Virus record (IMG/VR): IMGVR_UViG_3300014205_000170
Location: 256,001 to 320,000 of that record
Reading direction: 5' to 3' (one strand)
DNA length: 64,000 bases
Source of the DNA: a virus
Taxonomy: Duplodnaviria; Caudoviricetes
Shown here: positions 10,639 to 19,885 of the stretch, piece after piece
How positions within the stretch are numbered: the stretch's first letter is position 1
Layout of the letters: each line of letters begins with the position of its first letter
Made by a program: the position numbers and the translations under genes
Notes under the pieces: generated by a model
Databases searched by the model: none
What the model was told of the DNA's origin: nothing
Seen by the model: only the letters and a program-made list of their open reading frames with translations

Positions 10639-10668
10639 AGAAAGAAACTTATAATTAAGTTTCTTTCT
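10639..10668 (-). terminator. Perfect 13-bp hairpin, probable terminator
   Basis: AGAAAGAAACTTA-taat-TAAGTTTCTTTCT just downstream of the stop at 10675. Confidence 0.55.
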
Positions 10669-10674
10669 ATTAGT

Positions 10675-11628
10675 TTAAGCGACAACCCTAGGTTCAAATT
10701 TGATTTCTCTGTCATGTCTGCTGATAAAATATTCTTTTTTAGCAGATTCATTCCAGAATTTTATTTCTTCCTGACTCATTCCACCTTTATCTTCCGGAAA
10801 AGCTGTTAGGTTTCTTGGTACTTTTGAAGAAAAAGGGTCAACCATTTCTGTTGGAATATCAATTCTGTGTTCATATCCTAAGCGAGGAATTGTAAAGAAT
10901 TTCACATCATCATAAATCATTCTTAAAAAGAATTCATATGCATAAGATACTTTAAAATTCTCTTTCATCGCTTTGTATTGACCGTCAATCAAAGTAGAAT
11001 AATTTTTTATAGAATCAGTTTTAAAAACTGCACCCGTTGTATTGATACAATTAAAACGCATTAATAATTGTAAATCAAATACACCAGCAACTTCTGCATA
11101 ACCATCTACCCAACAAGCTTCATTGAAAAATCCTAAGAAATTACCATTAGAAACTTCTCTTAATAAAGGTAAAAATCCATCTTTATCAATATGTTTTGCA
11201 GCAAATTTCATTGATGTTTTATACCAATCCACATCAATAACATCTTCTGATTCTACAACAGAGAAAAATTTATACTTATTAACAATAGAATAATTTAATG
11301 CCTCATTAAATAATTGTTGAAAAGTATGACTAGATGTATTTTCTAATACATAATTTAGTTTTTTCTCAGATTTAATTTCTTTAGTTTCTGTTGTACCGTC
11401 TTCTTTCTTTTCAGTCACTGTTATAGATGGGCTATCTAATATCGATTTGATTTGCGACAATTCTGTTGCATTATCTCCTCCGTACAATACCAATACATCA
11501 ACTGGTTGATTTTGTTGAGAAAGTGAGTAAGCACATTCTTTTACAAAAACATCTACAAATTTTTTGATTGGTAAAACAACAAGAATATTCTTATCGTTTA
11601 AGCTGGTTAAGTTCTGTAATTCTTTCAT
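10675..11628 (-). CDS. GT-A fold (GT2-like) glycosyltransferase
   Basis: ILVVLP...SLSQQ...FNEAL...ESEDVID...YEFFLRM..; the DxD position reads ESED. Confidence 0.65.
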   Translation of the reverse strand: MKELQNLTSLNDKNILVVLPIKKFVDVFVKECAYSLSQQNQPVDVLVLYGGDNATELSQIKSILDSPSITVTEKKEDGTTETKEIKSEKKLNYVLENTSSHTFQQLFNEALNYSIVNKYKFFSVVESEDVIDVDWYKTSMKFAAKHIDKDGFLPLLREVSNGNFLGFFNEACWVDGYAEVAGVFDLQLLMRFNCINTTGAVFKTDSIKNYSTLIDGQYKAMKENFKVSYAYEFFLRMIYDDVKFFTIPRLGYEHRIDIPTEMVDPFSSKVPRNLTAFPEDKGGMSQEEIKFWNESAKKEYFISRHDREIKFEPRVVA

Positions 11629-12781
11629 TTTTATATTCGTTTATAATGTTAATAAATGACTCCTTTTCTTTTTCAGGAGCGTATTTCAATAATGTATCTT
11701 CGTATTCTTTAGTAACAGCTTCACCATCTAATTTACCGGTTAACCAACGTTCAGCAGCCATACCTAGTAATTCAGCCAATTGAAATATATCACCATTTTG
11801 TGCCCAAAATCCATTAGTTTGTTTCATGTATTCTTTTCCTCCTAATGGAGTCCAACCAACAACATGAGTTCCTGATGCCATCGCTTCTAAAGGCATAGTA
11901 CCAAATCCAGCAATTTCATCAGTATATAAACAAAGAGCAGCAGCACCTAATCTTTCAGCATATTCCTCTTTTGATAAACCTTTTAATTCATCAACGCGAA
12001 TCCATGATAAATGAGGGAAGAATGAATAGAAAGTTTTAATTACATTATAACTTTTCAATACTGCATCTTGACTTCTTCCTGGCATAAAAGCAATTACAGG
12101 ATTTTTGTCAACCATATCTACCGACTTAAACAAACTTCTATCAATTGATTGAGAGTATTGTTTAATTGATAAACCTGGCATAACGGCATTTAAATATTCT
12201 GTAATACCATCAGAAACACTAATTACATCTTTAATTCCAAAATGTTGCCATTTTTGATTAATGTTTAAAGAATTAAGAATGTAATACCAGCTTTGTACTA
12301 AAACAATTCTTTTACAAGGTAATTGAGCTGTCTTTTCCATAATATTTGGAAAACCTTCCGGAATAAAAAAGAAATCTTCTGCATTTAATGTTAAAGGAGT
12401 ACACTCAACAGTTTTGCCGTCATTAAATTTTATTTCACCTTCACCCAAACATTGTAATTCAACGCTTTCAGCTAGATTGCCTAACCAACTAGGATTAAAA
12501 GGCTCATAAATTTCAATTCTCTTTTTTGCTTTAACCGAAGCATCATAAGATGCTTTTTGGTCAACTCTTGGTTCATATACAACCACTACGTTGTAGCCGG
12601 CTTCTTTTAAAATTTGTGCATTTTTAAACAATACACTAACTCCACCACTAGCCACATTCATTGGCGGACAATAAATGTAATATTTACATTGATTGTTTGC
12701 TACTTTTTGAACAACCTCTTCCACAAAATTATTGTGTTCGCTTTTGATTTGTTCTTCTGATTTTAATTGCATTTCTGACAT
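11591..12781 (-). CDS. GT-B fold (GT4-like) glycosyltransferase
   Basis: SGGVSVLF N-terminal loop and AGFGTMPLEAMASG motif. Start placed at MSEMQLK (12781) because a promoter overlaps 12800-12829. Confidence 0.8.
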   Translation of the reverse strand: MSEMQLKSEEQIKSEHNNFVEEVVQKVANNQCKYYIYCPPMNVASGGVSVLFKNAQILKEAGYNVVVVYEPRVDQKASYDASVKAKKRIEIYEPFNPSWLGNLAESVELQCLGEGEIKFNDGKTVECTPLTLNAEDFFFIPEGFPNIMEKTAQLPCKRIVLVQSWYYILNSLNINQKWQHFGIKDVISVSDGITEYLNAVMPGLSIKQYSQSIDRSLFKSVDMVDKNPVIAFMPGRSQDAVLKSYNVIKTFYSFFPHLSWIRVDELKGLSKEEYAERLGAAALCLYTDEIAGFGTMPLEAMASGTHVVGWTPLGGKEYMKQTNGFWAQNGDIFQLAELLGMAAERWLTGKLDGEAVTKEYEDTLLKYAPEKEKESFINIINEYKNERITELNQLKR

Positions 12782-12799
12782 TGCTATTATATTTTTATT

Positions 12800-12829
12800 C
12801 AAATTTATATTGTATTGTAGTAAAGTAAA
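12800..12829 (-). promoter_or_regulatory. Bipartite promoter TTTACTTT-N14-TAAATTTG (representative copy)
   Basis: Downstream element matches the Bacteroidota TAnnTTTG; similar sites at 14220-14249, 21072-21102, 38261-38291, 42897-42926, 52499-52529, 55257-55286 and 1978-2007. Confidence 0.65.
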
Positions 12830-12855
12830 CTATTATAGAATAATAATTAAAAAAA

Positions 12856-13506
12856 TTATTTTTCAATTAATACTTTTCTTACAATAGGTTTTGGTTTATA
12901 ATATTCAAACACTTCTGCTAATTGCTTTGTATCTTTTGCATACATTTCCCAATCATCTGGTGCCACTTCTTCTTCTATCACATCAATATAAAATGTTTTT
13001 GGCTCAAAAGGAAAACCTCTTATTAATTGACTACCATGAATTTTCAAATCTGAATTACCTGATAAAAAATCTTTTTTGCTTGCCCAAAAACTTCCATTCC
13101 AACAAGAACCATTCGGTGTTCTTTTAACAATAGCATCTATATATTTTACATTTCCATCTTTATCTTTAAATAAAGCCGAACATCTTTTATTTTGCCACAT
13201 TGGTTCGTTTTCATTTCTATCAGTAATATCATGCCACTCCTCTTCTATTCCTGTAATAGGAGAAATAGGTTCTTGTAAACATAATTTTTCTATGGTATTA
13301 CATAACACTGCTGCTGTCAATGGAGCAGAAGAACCACTTTGACCTGACTGTCCAAACTTTTCAACTAATGCTAAAATTTCTGGAATGAATTCCTCTACGA
13401 TTGCCGTAGTATTTTGTTCTCTATAATAGTTAACAAGAACATCTAATTCTAATTTTGCATGTTTAAAAGTATTAGTCATTCTTGTCTTGTGTTTTTTGTT
13501 TAGCAA
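12856..13506 (-). CDS. Conserved phage hypothetical protein with C-terminal RKVLIEK tag
   Basis: LVEKFGQSGQSGSSA...PITGIEEEW...QNKRCSALFK pattern of a widespread phage family; ends VRKVLIEK*. Confidence 0.65.
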   Translation of the reverse strand: MLNKKHKTRMTNTFKHAKLELDVLVNYYREQNTTAIVEEFIPEILALVEKFGQSGQSGSSAPLTAAVLCNTIEKLCLQEPISPITGIEEEWHDITDRNENEPMWQNKRCSALFKDKDGNVKYIDAIVKRTPNGSCWNGSFWASKKDFLSGNSDLKIHGSQLIRGFPFEPKTFYIDVIEEEVAPDDWEMYAKDTKQLAEVFEYYKPKPIVRKVLIEK

Positions 13507-14200
13507 TAACTTCTTCGTATTTTTCTAAATTAAAAATTTTTAAAAGAAACATTTCATTATAAACAGCATTAACTGATTCAAATGAATAATCAACATCACT
13601 AAAAGCATTATATGGATAAGAAATTTTAATTGAAGTTTTATCAATAGGTTTACTTTCAAAACTCTCTGGACTATCATCTATTAACACATCACAATAATTC
13701 CATTTATCAACATCTTGATTTACAAAAACAACTTTATTGATTTTACACCCACCTTTGGCTAAAAAATGATATGTTGAATTTACAACCTTATCATCTCCCT
13801 TAATAAGAAGCACAACTTCAAATAAACCATTAGCTTTTCCAAAAGCCTGGATTCTATTAATAGTATCAAATGAACGCGGAAACTGATTAGCAACTCCATA
13901 CAGTTCAAAAGCGTAATTTTGGAAGAAATCCTTAAAATCATCTTTAGAATCAAAATAATAATGATTCATTAAATCATATGTATCTACTGGTAAATGAATT
14001 TTTTCATCAACTAATTTTTCTAATTTATCCAGTTGATTTTCAGCAGTATGTTCTGGTAAGATATATTGAAAATTTTCATCAGCACTAACCAATGAATCGT
14101 TTTTAATAAAAAACTTTCTATAAGTTTTATCAAATTGAGAATGAAAATCTCTAACAACACCGTCAAGAGAAATTCCAAGAGTTTTAATTTTTTTGTCCAT
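13472..14200 (-). CDS. HAD-superfamily 5'(3')-deoxyribonucleotidase-like protein
   Basis: LGISLDGVVRDF (DxDGV motif with the first Asp changed to Ser), DVLIDDSP, YPYN; start MDKKIK at 14200. Confidence 0.65.
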   Translation of the reverse strand: MDKKIKTLGISLDGVVRDFHSQFDKTYRKFFIKNDSLVSADENFQYILPEHTAENQLDKLEKLVDEKIHLPVDTYDLMNHYYFDSKDDFKDFFQNYAFELYGVANQFPRSFDTINRIQAFGKANGLFEVVLLIKGDDKVVNSTYHFLAKGGCKINKVVFVNQDVDKWNYCDVLIDDSPESFESKPIDKTSIKISYPYNAFSDVDYSFESVNAVYNEMFLLKIFNLEKYEEVIAKQKTQDKND

Positions 14201-14253
14201 TAGAATATAATTGTTATAACAAAAATATCCATAATGACCACAAAGTAAACAAT

Positions 14254-14283
14254 AAAAAAACCCCACCTACAAGATGGGGTTTT
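14254..14283 (-). terminator. Rho-independent terminator
   Basis: AAAACCCCA-cctacaaga-TGGGGTTTT hairpin with a U-tract on the minus strand, after the stop at 14303. Confidence 0.7.
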
Positions 14284-14302
14284 GAAATATATTATTTTAT
14301 TT

Positions 14303-14773
14303 TTATGCTTTTGCAGCAGCTTCTGTCACCGGTACATCCTCAGCAAACGAGGATTCGTGAGCCCAGATTAAATTAAAGCCATATAGCTCATAATCATCCT
14401 GAACAATTTGATTTTTAACAGCACCTTTTCCTTTAGGAACAAGAGCACACTTATCAAGGAATCCTTCTTCGTTGTTGATTTTATCAACATATGGAGAATC
14501 GCCTTCAACCTTAAATTGAGATACTCCGAAAAGTTTTTTACCTTCCATTTCCAAACGTACAACACGACCAATGTTGAATTCGTCTTTTAAGTATTCATAA
14601 TCATATTCATCATCTTCGATTGCACACTCAATATCGAGTCCTTCACCGTTTTCTTTTAGCTTATCAGAGTTAAGCCAAGTCTTTACAAGTGCATCTGTAA
14701 AGATTCTGTGATTCTTGTTTTTTTTGTCTACTTCTAGGATGAAGAAGCGTTTTTCTTTGATTTTTTGCGCCAT
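14303..14773 (-). CDS. Degenerate prohead-protease (gp21-like) paralogue
   Basis: KNKNHRIF ~ KNxNGRIY; LEMEGKKLFG ~ LWxEGNxxYG; PKGKGAV ~ SSRGxGSV; VQDDYELYGFNLI ~ VQDDFELICFDLV. The GELxHP His and SSRG Ser are absent. Confidence 0.6.
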   Translation of the reverse strand: MAQKIKEKRFFILEVDKKNKNHRIFTDALVKTWLNSDKLKENGEGLDIECAIEDDEYDYEYLKDEFNIGRVVRLEMEGKKLFGVSQFKVEGDSPYVDKINNEEGFLDKCALVPKGKGAVKNQIVQDDYELYGFNLIWAHESSFAEDVPVTEAAAKA

Positions 14774-14879
14774 GGTATTAGTTTGTTTGTTTGTTTATTA
14801 ATTTATAATACAAATATAGATTATTTTATTGATTTAAACTGAAAAAAACATAAAAAGTTACACTTTTTTAAAAAAAAAT

Positions 14880-16205
14880 TTAATGTCTCCTTGCTCTTCT
14901 TAATATAGTATCAAAATCTGCCGGTTGAGCCACCTCATTCATTGGGAAATCTGCTGGGACATCTGCATTACCCTCTACTACAATATTCTCATCTCCTATA
15001 TCATAACCCTGTTCAAGCACTTCTGCATCAACCGGAATTTCTTCAACTTCTTGAATTTGAAGTATTTCCCTAGCTCTAGCCCTAGGGATTTCGGCATTTA
15101 AATTTACTGGTCTATTTCCAAAAATTTCTTCTCTTGGGGCAGCAGCAAGGTCTTCATTTCTTACCACTCTATCTATTGCTTGAATCATCTCTCCGAGTCT
15201 GGCATCTTCCATTGCTCGTACAGCACCTTCTTCTGTAGGTGTGGTTTCATTTAATTCAGAGAAATTATAATCATTTCCTTTCATTAAATAATTTCCTTTT
15301 TGAGAACCGAAAATTCTTTCTTTTATATTATCTGAAAGATATAAATTAGATGCGGAGGTATTTGTTATTTCAGAATACAACTCATCATACATCTGTATAG
15401 CTTGTTGCTTTCTTTGAGTTATCCAATCTAGCATCTCTGCTTTAGAATTAATTCTCACAGAAGCTTCTTTATGTCTTTCTAAAAGTATAAATCTTTTCAT
15501 TTCAAAACCTTGTATTTGCTCTGTCTTTTTACCTTTATTACTTAAAGAAATATTAATTGATGTTGGAACAGATAAAGAAATTTCACTAATATAACCGTCC
15601 ATATTAGTTGCTACATATGACTCACCAAAAAATTTAGAAAAATCTACTGTTTTAGAATGTTGATTAAAAAATTCTAAAATCATCATCCAACTTGAATGAT
15701 TCATTTTTGTATTTGCTTTTGCATAATTTTGGCCAATCATTCCATTCTTTTTAATTTCAATGTGAACAACTGTTTTTCCAGAAGGTTGTTTTAAAGCCAA
15801 AATTCCTACTGCTTTATGTAAAACTCTTTTTTGATAACCTCCAACGCAATTTGACATAAGAACACCTTCTTCAATTAAGTCATTTGAATTTAAAAGAGAA
15901 ATATAATACCCATTTTTAAAAGTATATAATATATTCTTTTGTTTTCTTTCTTCGTCTTTTTTGAAAAGATATGCTTGTTGTAGCATTTCTGGATAACTCA
16001 AATCCATAGAAACATTTTTAGAACGTTCTAAAAAATGATTTACGATTTTTATTTCTTCCGTATTCATATATTCAATACCACCCTTTTTGTGAGCTCCTAA
16101 AAACCACAATAAGTGTTTGTATATCCCACAATTGATAAATAAATCTATTACATTTTTATCAAAGCCTTGAGTAATAAAAAAGTTTATTTTTTTCTCACTA
16201 ATCAT
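14880..16205 (-). CDS. PcfJ-domain protein with acidic low-complexity tail
   Basis: LNSNDLIEEGVLMSNCVGGY...ILALK...VHIEI...QNYAKAN. Confidence 0.7.
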   Translation of the reverse strand: MISEKKINFFITQGFDKNVIDLFINCGIYKHLLWFLGAHKKGGIEYMNTEEIKIVNHFLERSKNVSMDLSYPEMLQQAYLFKKDEERKQKNILYTFKNGYYISLLNSNDLIEEGVLMSNCVGGYQKRVLHKAVGILALKQPSGKTVVHIEIKKNGMIGQNYAKANTKMNHSSWMMILEFFNQHSKTVDFSKFFGESYVATNMDGYISEISLSVPTSINISLSNKGKKTEQIQGFEMKRFILLERHKEASVRINSKAEMLDWITQRKQQAIQMYDELYSEITNTSASNLYLSDNIKERIFGSQKGNYLMKGNDYNFSELNETTPTEEGAVRAMEDARLGEMIQAIDRVVRNEDLAAAPREEIFGNRPVNLNAEIPRARAREILQIQEVEEIPVDAEVLEQGYDIGDENIVVEGNADVPADFPMNEVAQPADFDTILRRARRH

Positions 16206-16215
16206 ACAATATTGC

Positions 16216-18039
16216 TTAATATAAAGTTATTTTTTTGTAATCGAATCCATAACAATTTGGTTCGTGACCCAAGATAAATCCTGGCAAATTATTATTACCT
16301 AATTCTTCCATAATATACTTATCTGTTGAAGCTACAGAAGGGGCAGTTAATGTTAAGTAATTTGTCCCTTCATCAGCTTTTAAAGAATGCCAGTGGCCTT
16401 TTAGAAGTAAGTGATAACAAGAAGTACCTTCACCCCATAAATTCACTAATTCACTAGGTTTTTTCTTATTAAGAGAACTATCACCGTGTTGTGCGAATAC
16501 ACATATTTTACCTCTAATTAATTTTAATAAATTATTTTTTGGCATTACAACTTCTATACGCTTTTCTTCGGCAGTTAATTTTTTAATCATACCAGTAACG
16601 ATTTTACCTGCTGTTCTGCTTTTGTCATCATCTCTGTGAATTCCTAATCTATCATGATTACCATGAATACTACAAAAAGTTATTTTACAATCTGTATTTT
16701 TAAGAACTTCTTTTAACATTTCTAACATAGAATCAATTGCAAAGAAAATTTGTTCTTCTTGAAGTAAATCCATTTCAGTTGAATGTCCAGGATGCATTCC
16801 ATCTTCTAACGCACACTCAATCAAGTCGCCTAAACAAATGAAAATAATTTCTTTAGTTTTCAAAACCTTAGATTCTTCGATAGTATGTTTTGCTATCTGC
16901 ATAATTCTTTCATGCGCAATATCTTTATTATAACCACGACCAAACATTGCATTAGCAAATTTCTTACCATAATGAATATCTCCAAAAATCGCAAACAAAG
17001 GTTTATCTGTTTTTGAATTATCTGGTTTAGAACTTTTTGTCAATTTACTTTGCAATCTAGAAACCGGAAAAGTAAAATTCGGTTTCCTTTTTGTAAAATA
17101 ACTGTTTATTATTTGTTCAACCCATTCAGAATTAGACTTAATATCAACAATCTCTTTTTGTGTATCAAAAAATTTCTTTTCGTAATACTTATATCGCTCA
17201 CTATCAAGTTTCTTTAAGATACTATTTTCTTTATTTCTACGAACCATTGCGATTGATTCGTCCTCAGTAGCTTCTTCTAAAATATGAGGGGCAATTGGTA
17301 AAGAAGATTTTGTAATATTAAAAGCTCTTAAAATTCTTTTGAAATCTCTAAAGTTTAAGAAATTAAATTCTCTAGATACAGCTCTCAATGTAAGACCGGC
17401 TCCATCCATACTAGAATAAAGACGATAAATCTTATCCATTTCTTCTCTACAGAATTCTCCGGTTAATGGTTTTTCACCTTTAATATAAATTTTGTACTTA
17501 TATCCAGTTATTCTGTGTAGCTTGTTACCGTGTTTGTCCACGAACGAGTCTTTACCTCTTAGGCTTTCTCCAACACTTCGCTCTTCGTAATTATCATCTG
17601 TTTCAGCATCATATTCCAACATTTCCTTTTCTTGTTTAGTTAAAGAAATATCAGTGTCTATTTCTTCATCTTCTAAGAAGATGGTATCTCCAGAATTTTT
17701 TGATGATTTCTTTGACTTTTTAGTCCCTTTCATAAAGGTTTGTCTTGTAGGACGACTAGAAGTAGCACTAAAAGCTTTAGATACGCTACTTTTGGATTTA
17801 CGACTATTAGTAATCTGAGACTTTGTATATTGAGAATACAAATTAATCAATGCATCTCTTTTTCCTTGCTTAATAACCCCCTCCTGAAATGCATTCTCAA
17901 TTTTACTAAGAATGCCAGTCATAAATTCTGGCTTTTTATTAAGTTTAGTACAAGATTCTGAGAGTGTAATCCCATTTTTGGTTGCTGCAATTAATACTTG
18001 TTCAGCATCATTGAGTGTTTTCACGGTAAAGTTTTCCAT
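16216..18039 (-). CDS. Calcineurin-like metallophosphoesterase with long N-terminal region
   Basis: GDIHYG, LGDLIE, GNHDR, HGD and GHWH motifs in the expected order. Confidence 0.85.
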   Translation of the reverse strand: MENFTVKTLNDAEQVLIAATKNGITLSESCTKLNKKPEFMTGILSKIENAFQEGVIKQGKRDALINLYSQYTKSQITNSRKSKSSVSKAFSATSSRPTRQTFMKGTKKSKKSSKNSGDTIFLEDEEIDTDISLTKQEKEMLEYDAETDDNYEERSVGESLRGKDSFVDKHGNKLHRITGYKYKIYIKGEKPLTGEFCREEMDKIYRLYSSMDGAGLTLRAVSREFNFLNFRDFKRILRAFNITKSSLPIAPHILEEATEDESIAMVRRNKENSILKKLDSERYKYYEKKFFDTQKEIVDIKSNSEWVEQIINSYFTKRKPNFTFPVSRLQSKLTKSSKPDNSKTDKPLFAIFGDIHYGKKFANAMFGRGYNKDIAHERIMQIAKHTIEESKVLKTKEIIFICLGDLIECALEDGMHPGHSTEMDLLQEEQIFFAIDSMLEMLKEVLKNTDCKITFCSIHGNHDRLGIHRDDDKSRTAGKIVTGMIKKLTAEEKRIEVVMPKNNLLKLIRGKICVFAQHGDSSLNKKKPSELVNLWGEGTSCYHLLLKGHWHSLKADEGTNYLTLTAPSVASTDKYIMEELGNNNLPGFILGHEPNCYGFDYKKITLY

Positions 18040-18111
18040 TAAGTTTTATGGTTTTTGTTTGTTTGCTAAGAACAATATTAATAAACAATTATATAAGAAG
18101 CAAGAAAATAC

Positions 18112-18432
18112 TTAAAAAAGTTCATAGATAGATAAAATATCTTCTTGAGTAAGTTCTTCATAACGTTTCACTTCATAATCAAAAGACGTTGCACGAGTAC
18201 CTATAACAGGCTTAGATAATAATTGAGATAATCTTTCTCTTCTCTGGGTAAGTATGGATTCTGTGTCTAGATTCGAATTTTGATATTGGTCATTATAGTA
18301 CGAATTTATTTTTTCCATTTCTTTCTCAAGGGAATATTTTTCCAAAAAAACTTTTCTAGTCTGTACTGGATGGTTGTTCTTGTAATATTCAAGGGCCTCC
18401 TCATAATTATTAAATTTTGCCGTTCTCCCCAT
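18112..18432 (-). CDS. Hypothetical protein with TRKVFLEK tag
   Basis: 106 aa; coupled to the upstream gene by TAATG. Confidence 0.65.
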   Translation of the reverse strand: MGRTAKFNNYEEALEYYKNNHPVQTRKVFLEKYSLEKEMEKINSYYNDQYQNSNLDTESILTQRRERLSQLLSKPVIGTRATSFDYEVKRYEELTQEDILSIYELF

Positions 18433-18746
18433 TATAATGTAGAATAATATTGTATTACTTGATTAATATCATCGCCATCATAAAACACATCATGTTTTTT
18501 TAATTCAAGCTCCCGTTGTAATTTGACAAAATCTCGTTTATAATGATTGTCATAATTACTATGTAAATCGAAACGAACACATTTTAATTCAGAATCTTCT
18601 TTTTTTAAAATCAATTTAAATGCTTTCTCTGGTGGGCTATAATTAGAACGAAATCTATTGGTCTTATTATTCATAATAGATTTTTTTTCTATCATTACAC
18701 TTTTTGTGTAAACAAAACAATCTATTATTTCAATAACTTCAGCCAT
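18432..18746 (-). CDS. Hypothetical protein with TKSVMIEK tag; paralogue of 18746..19072
   Basis: Shares VMIEK, DFxxLQxExxL and DIxxxxxYYS with its neighbour. Confidence 0.65.
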   Translation of the reverse strand: MAEVIEIIDCFVYTKSVMIEKKSIMNNKTNRFRSNYSPPEKAFKLILKKEDSELKCVRFDLHSNYDNHYKRDFVKLQRELELKKHDVFYDGDDINQVIQYYSTL

Positions 18747-19072
18747 TAAAATTTAATATTTTTAAATTGAGAATAATAATCTAAAGCAGTATCTATATCT
18801 GTTTTTGGCAAATCAACATTGTGTGCCAATAAATCTTTTTCTTTTTGTAATTCAGCAAAATCTAATGTAAAATCATATTGTCTTAAATTGTGCGAAAAAT
18901 CAAATGGTTCACCATCCTTAATTTTAATTTGAGAAGGAAATGTAGCACCTTTTCGAGTACGTTTTTCAATCATAACAAATGACTTTAAAATCACACTCTC
19001 CAAAAAATCATCAACTAAATCATCAAAATTATAGTTAGTTTCAAAATTAAATATACGTTTAATGTCTGACAT
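18746..19072 (-). CDS. Hypothetical protein with KSFVMIEK tag; paralogue of 18432..18746
   Basis: Same shared blocks as its neighbour; TAATG coupling on both sides. Confidence 0.65.
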   Translation of the reverse strand: MSDIKRIFNFETNYNFDDLVDDFLESVILKSFVMIEKRTRKGATFPSQIKIKDGEPFDFSHNLRQYDFTLDFAELQKEKDLLAHNVDLPKTDIDTALDYYSQFKNIKF

Positions 19073-19878
19073 TATATATTTCTAGTATGCAAAACATTTT
19101 CTAATAAACGATGATGAACTCTAATAACATCTTCTATCTGTTTCTTTTGGTTTTTTTGTATACGCAAAGTGGTATTAATAAATCTTGAATATGAAGTATT
19201 AGTAGGATTATCTATTTTCTCTAAAAGCACTGTTCTTGTTTTAGAGGTACCAAGAAGCCTATCTACCGCTTTAATAAAACAGTCTTGTTCATAATTTTCA
19301 GGCAATCGTTTATTTTCGCTCACATAACTCTGCACAAATCTTTGTGTGATTTTCTCAGAAATTTCATCGCTATTACAATAATTCAAACGTTGAGCATCAA
19401 TACCATCTATGTCTTTATGTTTTATTCCTTCAATTTCATCGACAGAATCTTGATAAACATAATAATCAAATTGCTTTTTTAGTTCTTTAAATTCATCATC
19501 AGAACAAGGTCGATTAAATTCGATATTTTCTAATGATGTTATATCTGCTGTTATTTCTTCTGGATTAGATTTTATTTGTTTAACATACTTAGAAAGAACT
19601 TCATACATTTTTTTTCTACTTTTTTTAAGTAAAAATTTCTTTTCTATCCGTCTTAAGGCAATGATGTTTTTTTCAAACATTATAAATTGTGAACTTGTTT
19701 CTTTTATTTTTTTTTCCATAAAAGAAGCCATATAACTTGCATATAAAGCAGACTCTGTTGTGTCTAAGACTGTTTTTTCAATAAAAACTTTTCGTTTATA
19801 AATAATAGACTTATTAACGACGGATGAAAATTCCACAGGAACTTCTCTAAATTCAAAATTTCGCAACACCTCTCCCAT
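19072..19878 (-). CDS. Hypothetical protein with two or three tag copies
   Basis: KRKVFIEK, (Q)FIMFEK, TRTVLLEK. Confidence 0.65.
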   Translation of the reverse strand: MGEVLRNFEFREVPVEFSSVVNKSIIYKRKVFIEKTVLDTTESALYASYMASFMEKKIKETSSQFIMFEKNIIALRRIEKKFLLKKSRKKMYEVLSKYVKQIKSNPEEITADITSLENIEFNRPCSDDEFKELKKQFDYYVYQDSVDEIEGIKHKDIDGIDAQRLNYCNSDEISEKITQRFVQSYVSENKRLPENYEQDCFIKAVDRLLGTSKTRTVLLEKIDNPTNTSYSRFINTTLRIQKNQKKQIEDVIRVHHRLLENVLHTRNI

Positions 19879-19885
19879 TAAATGA

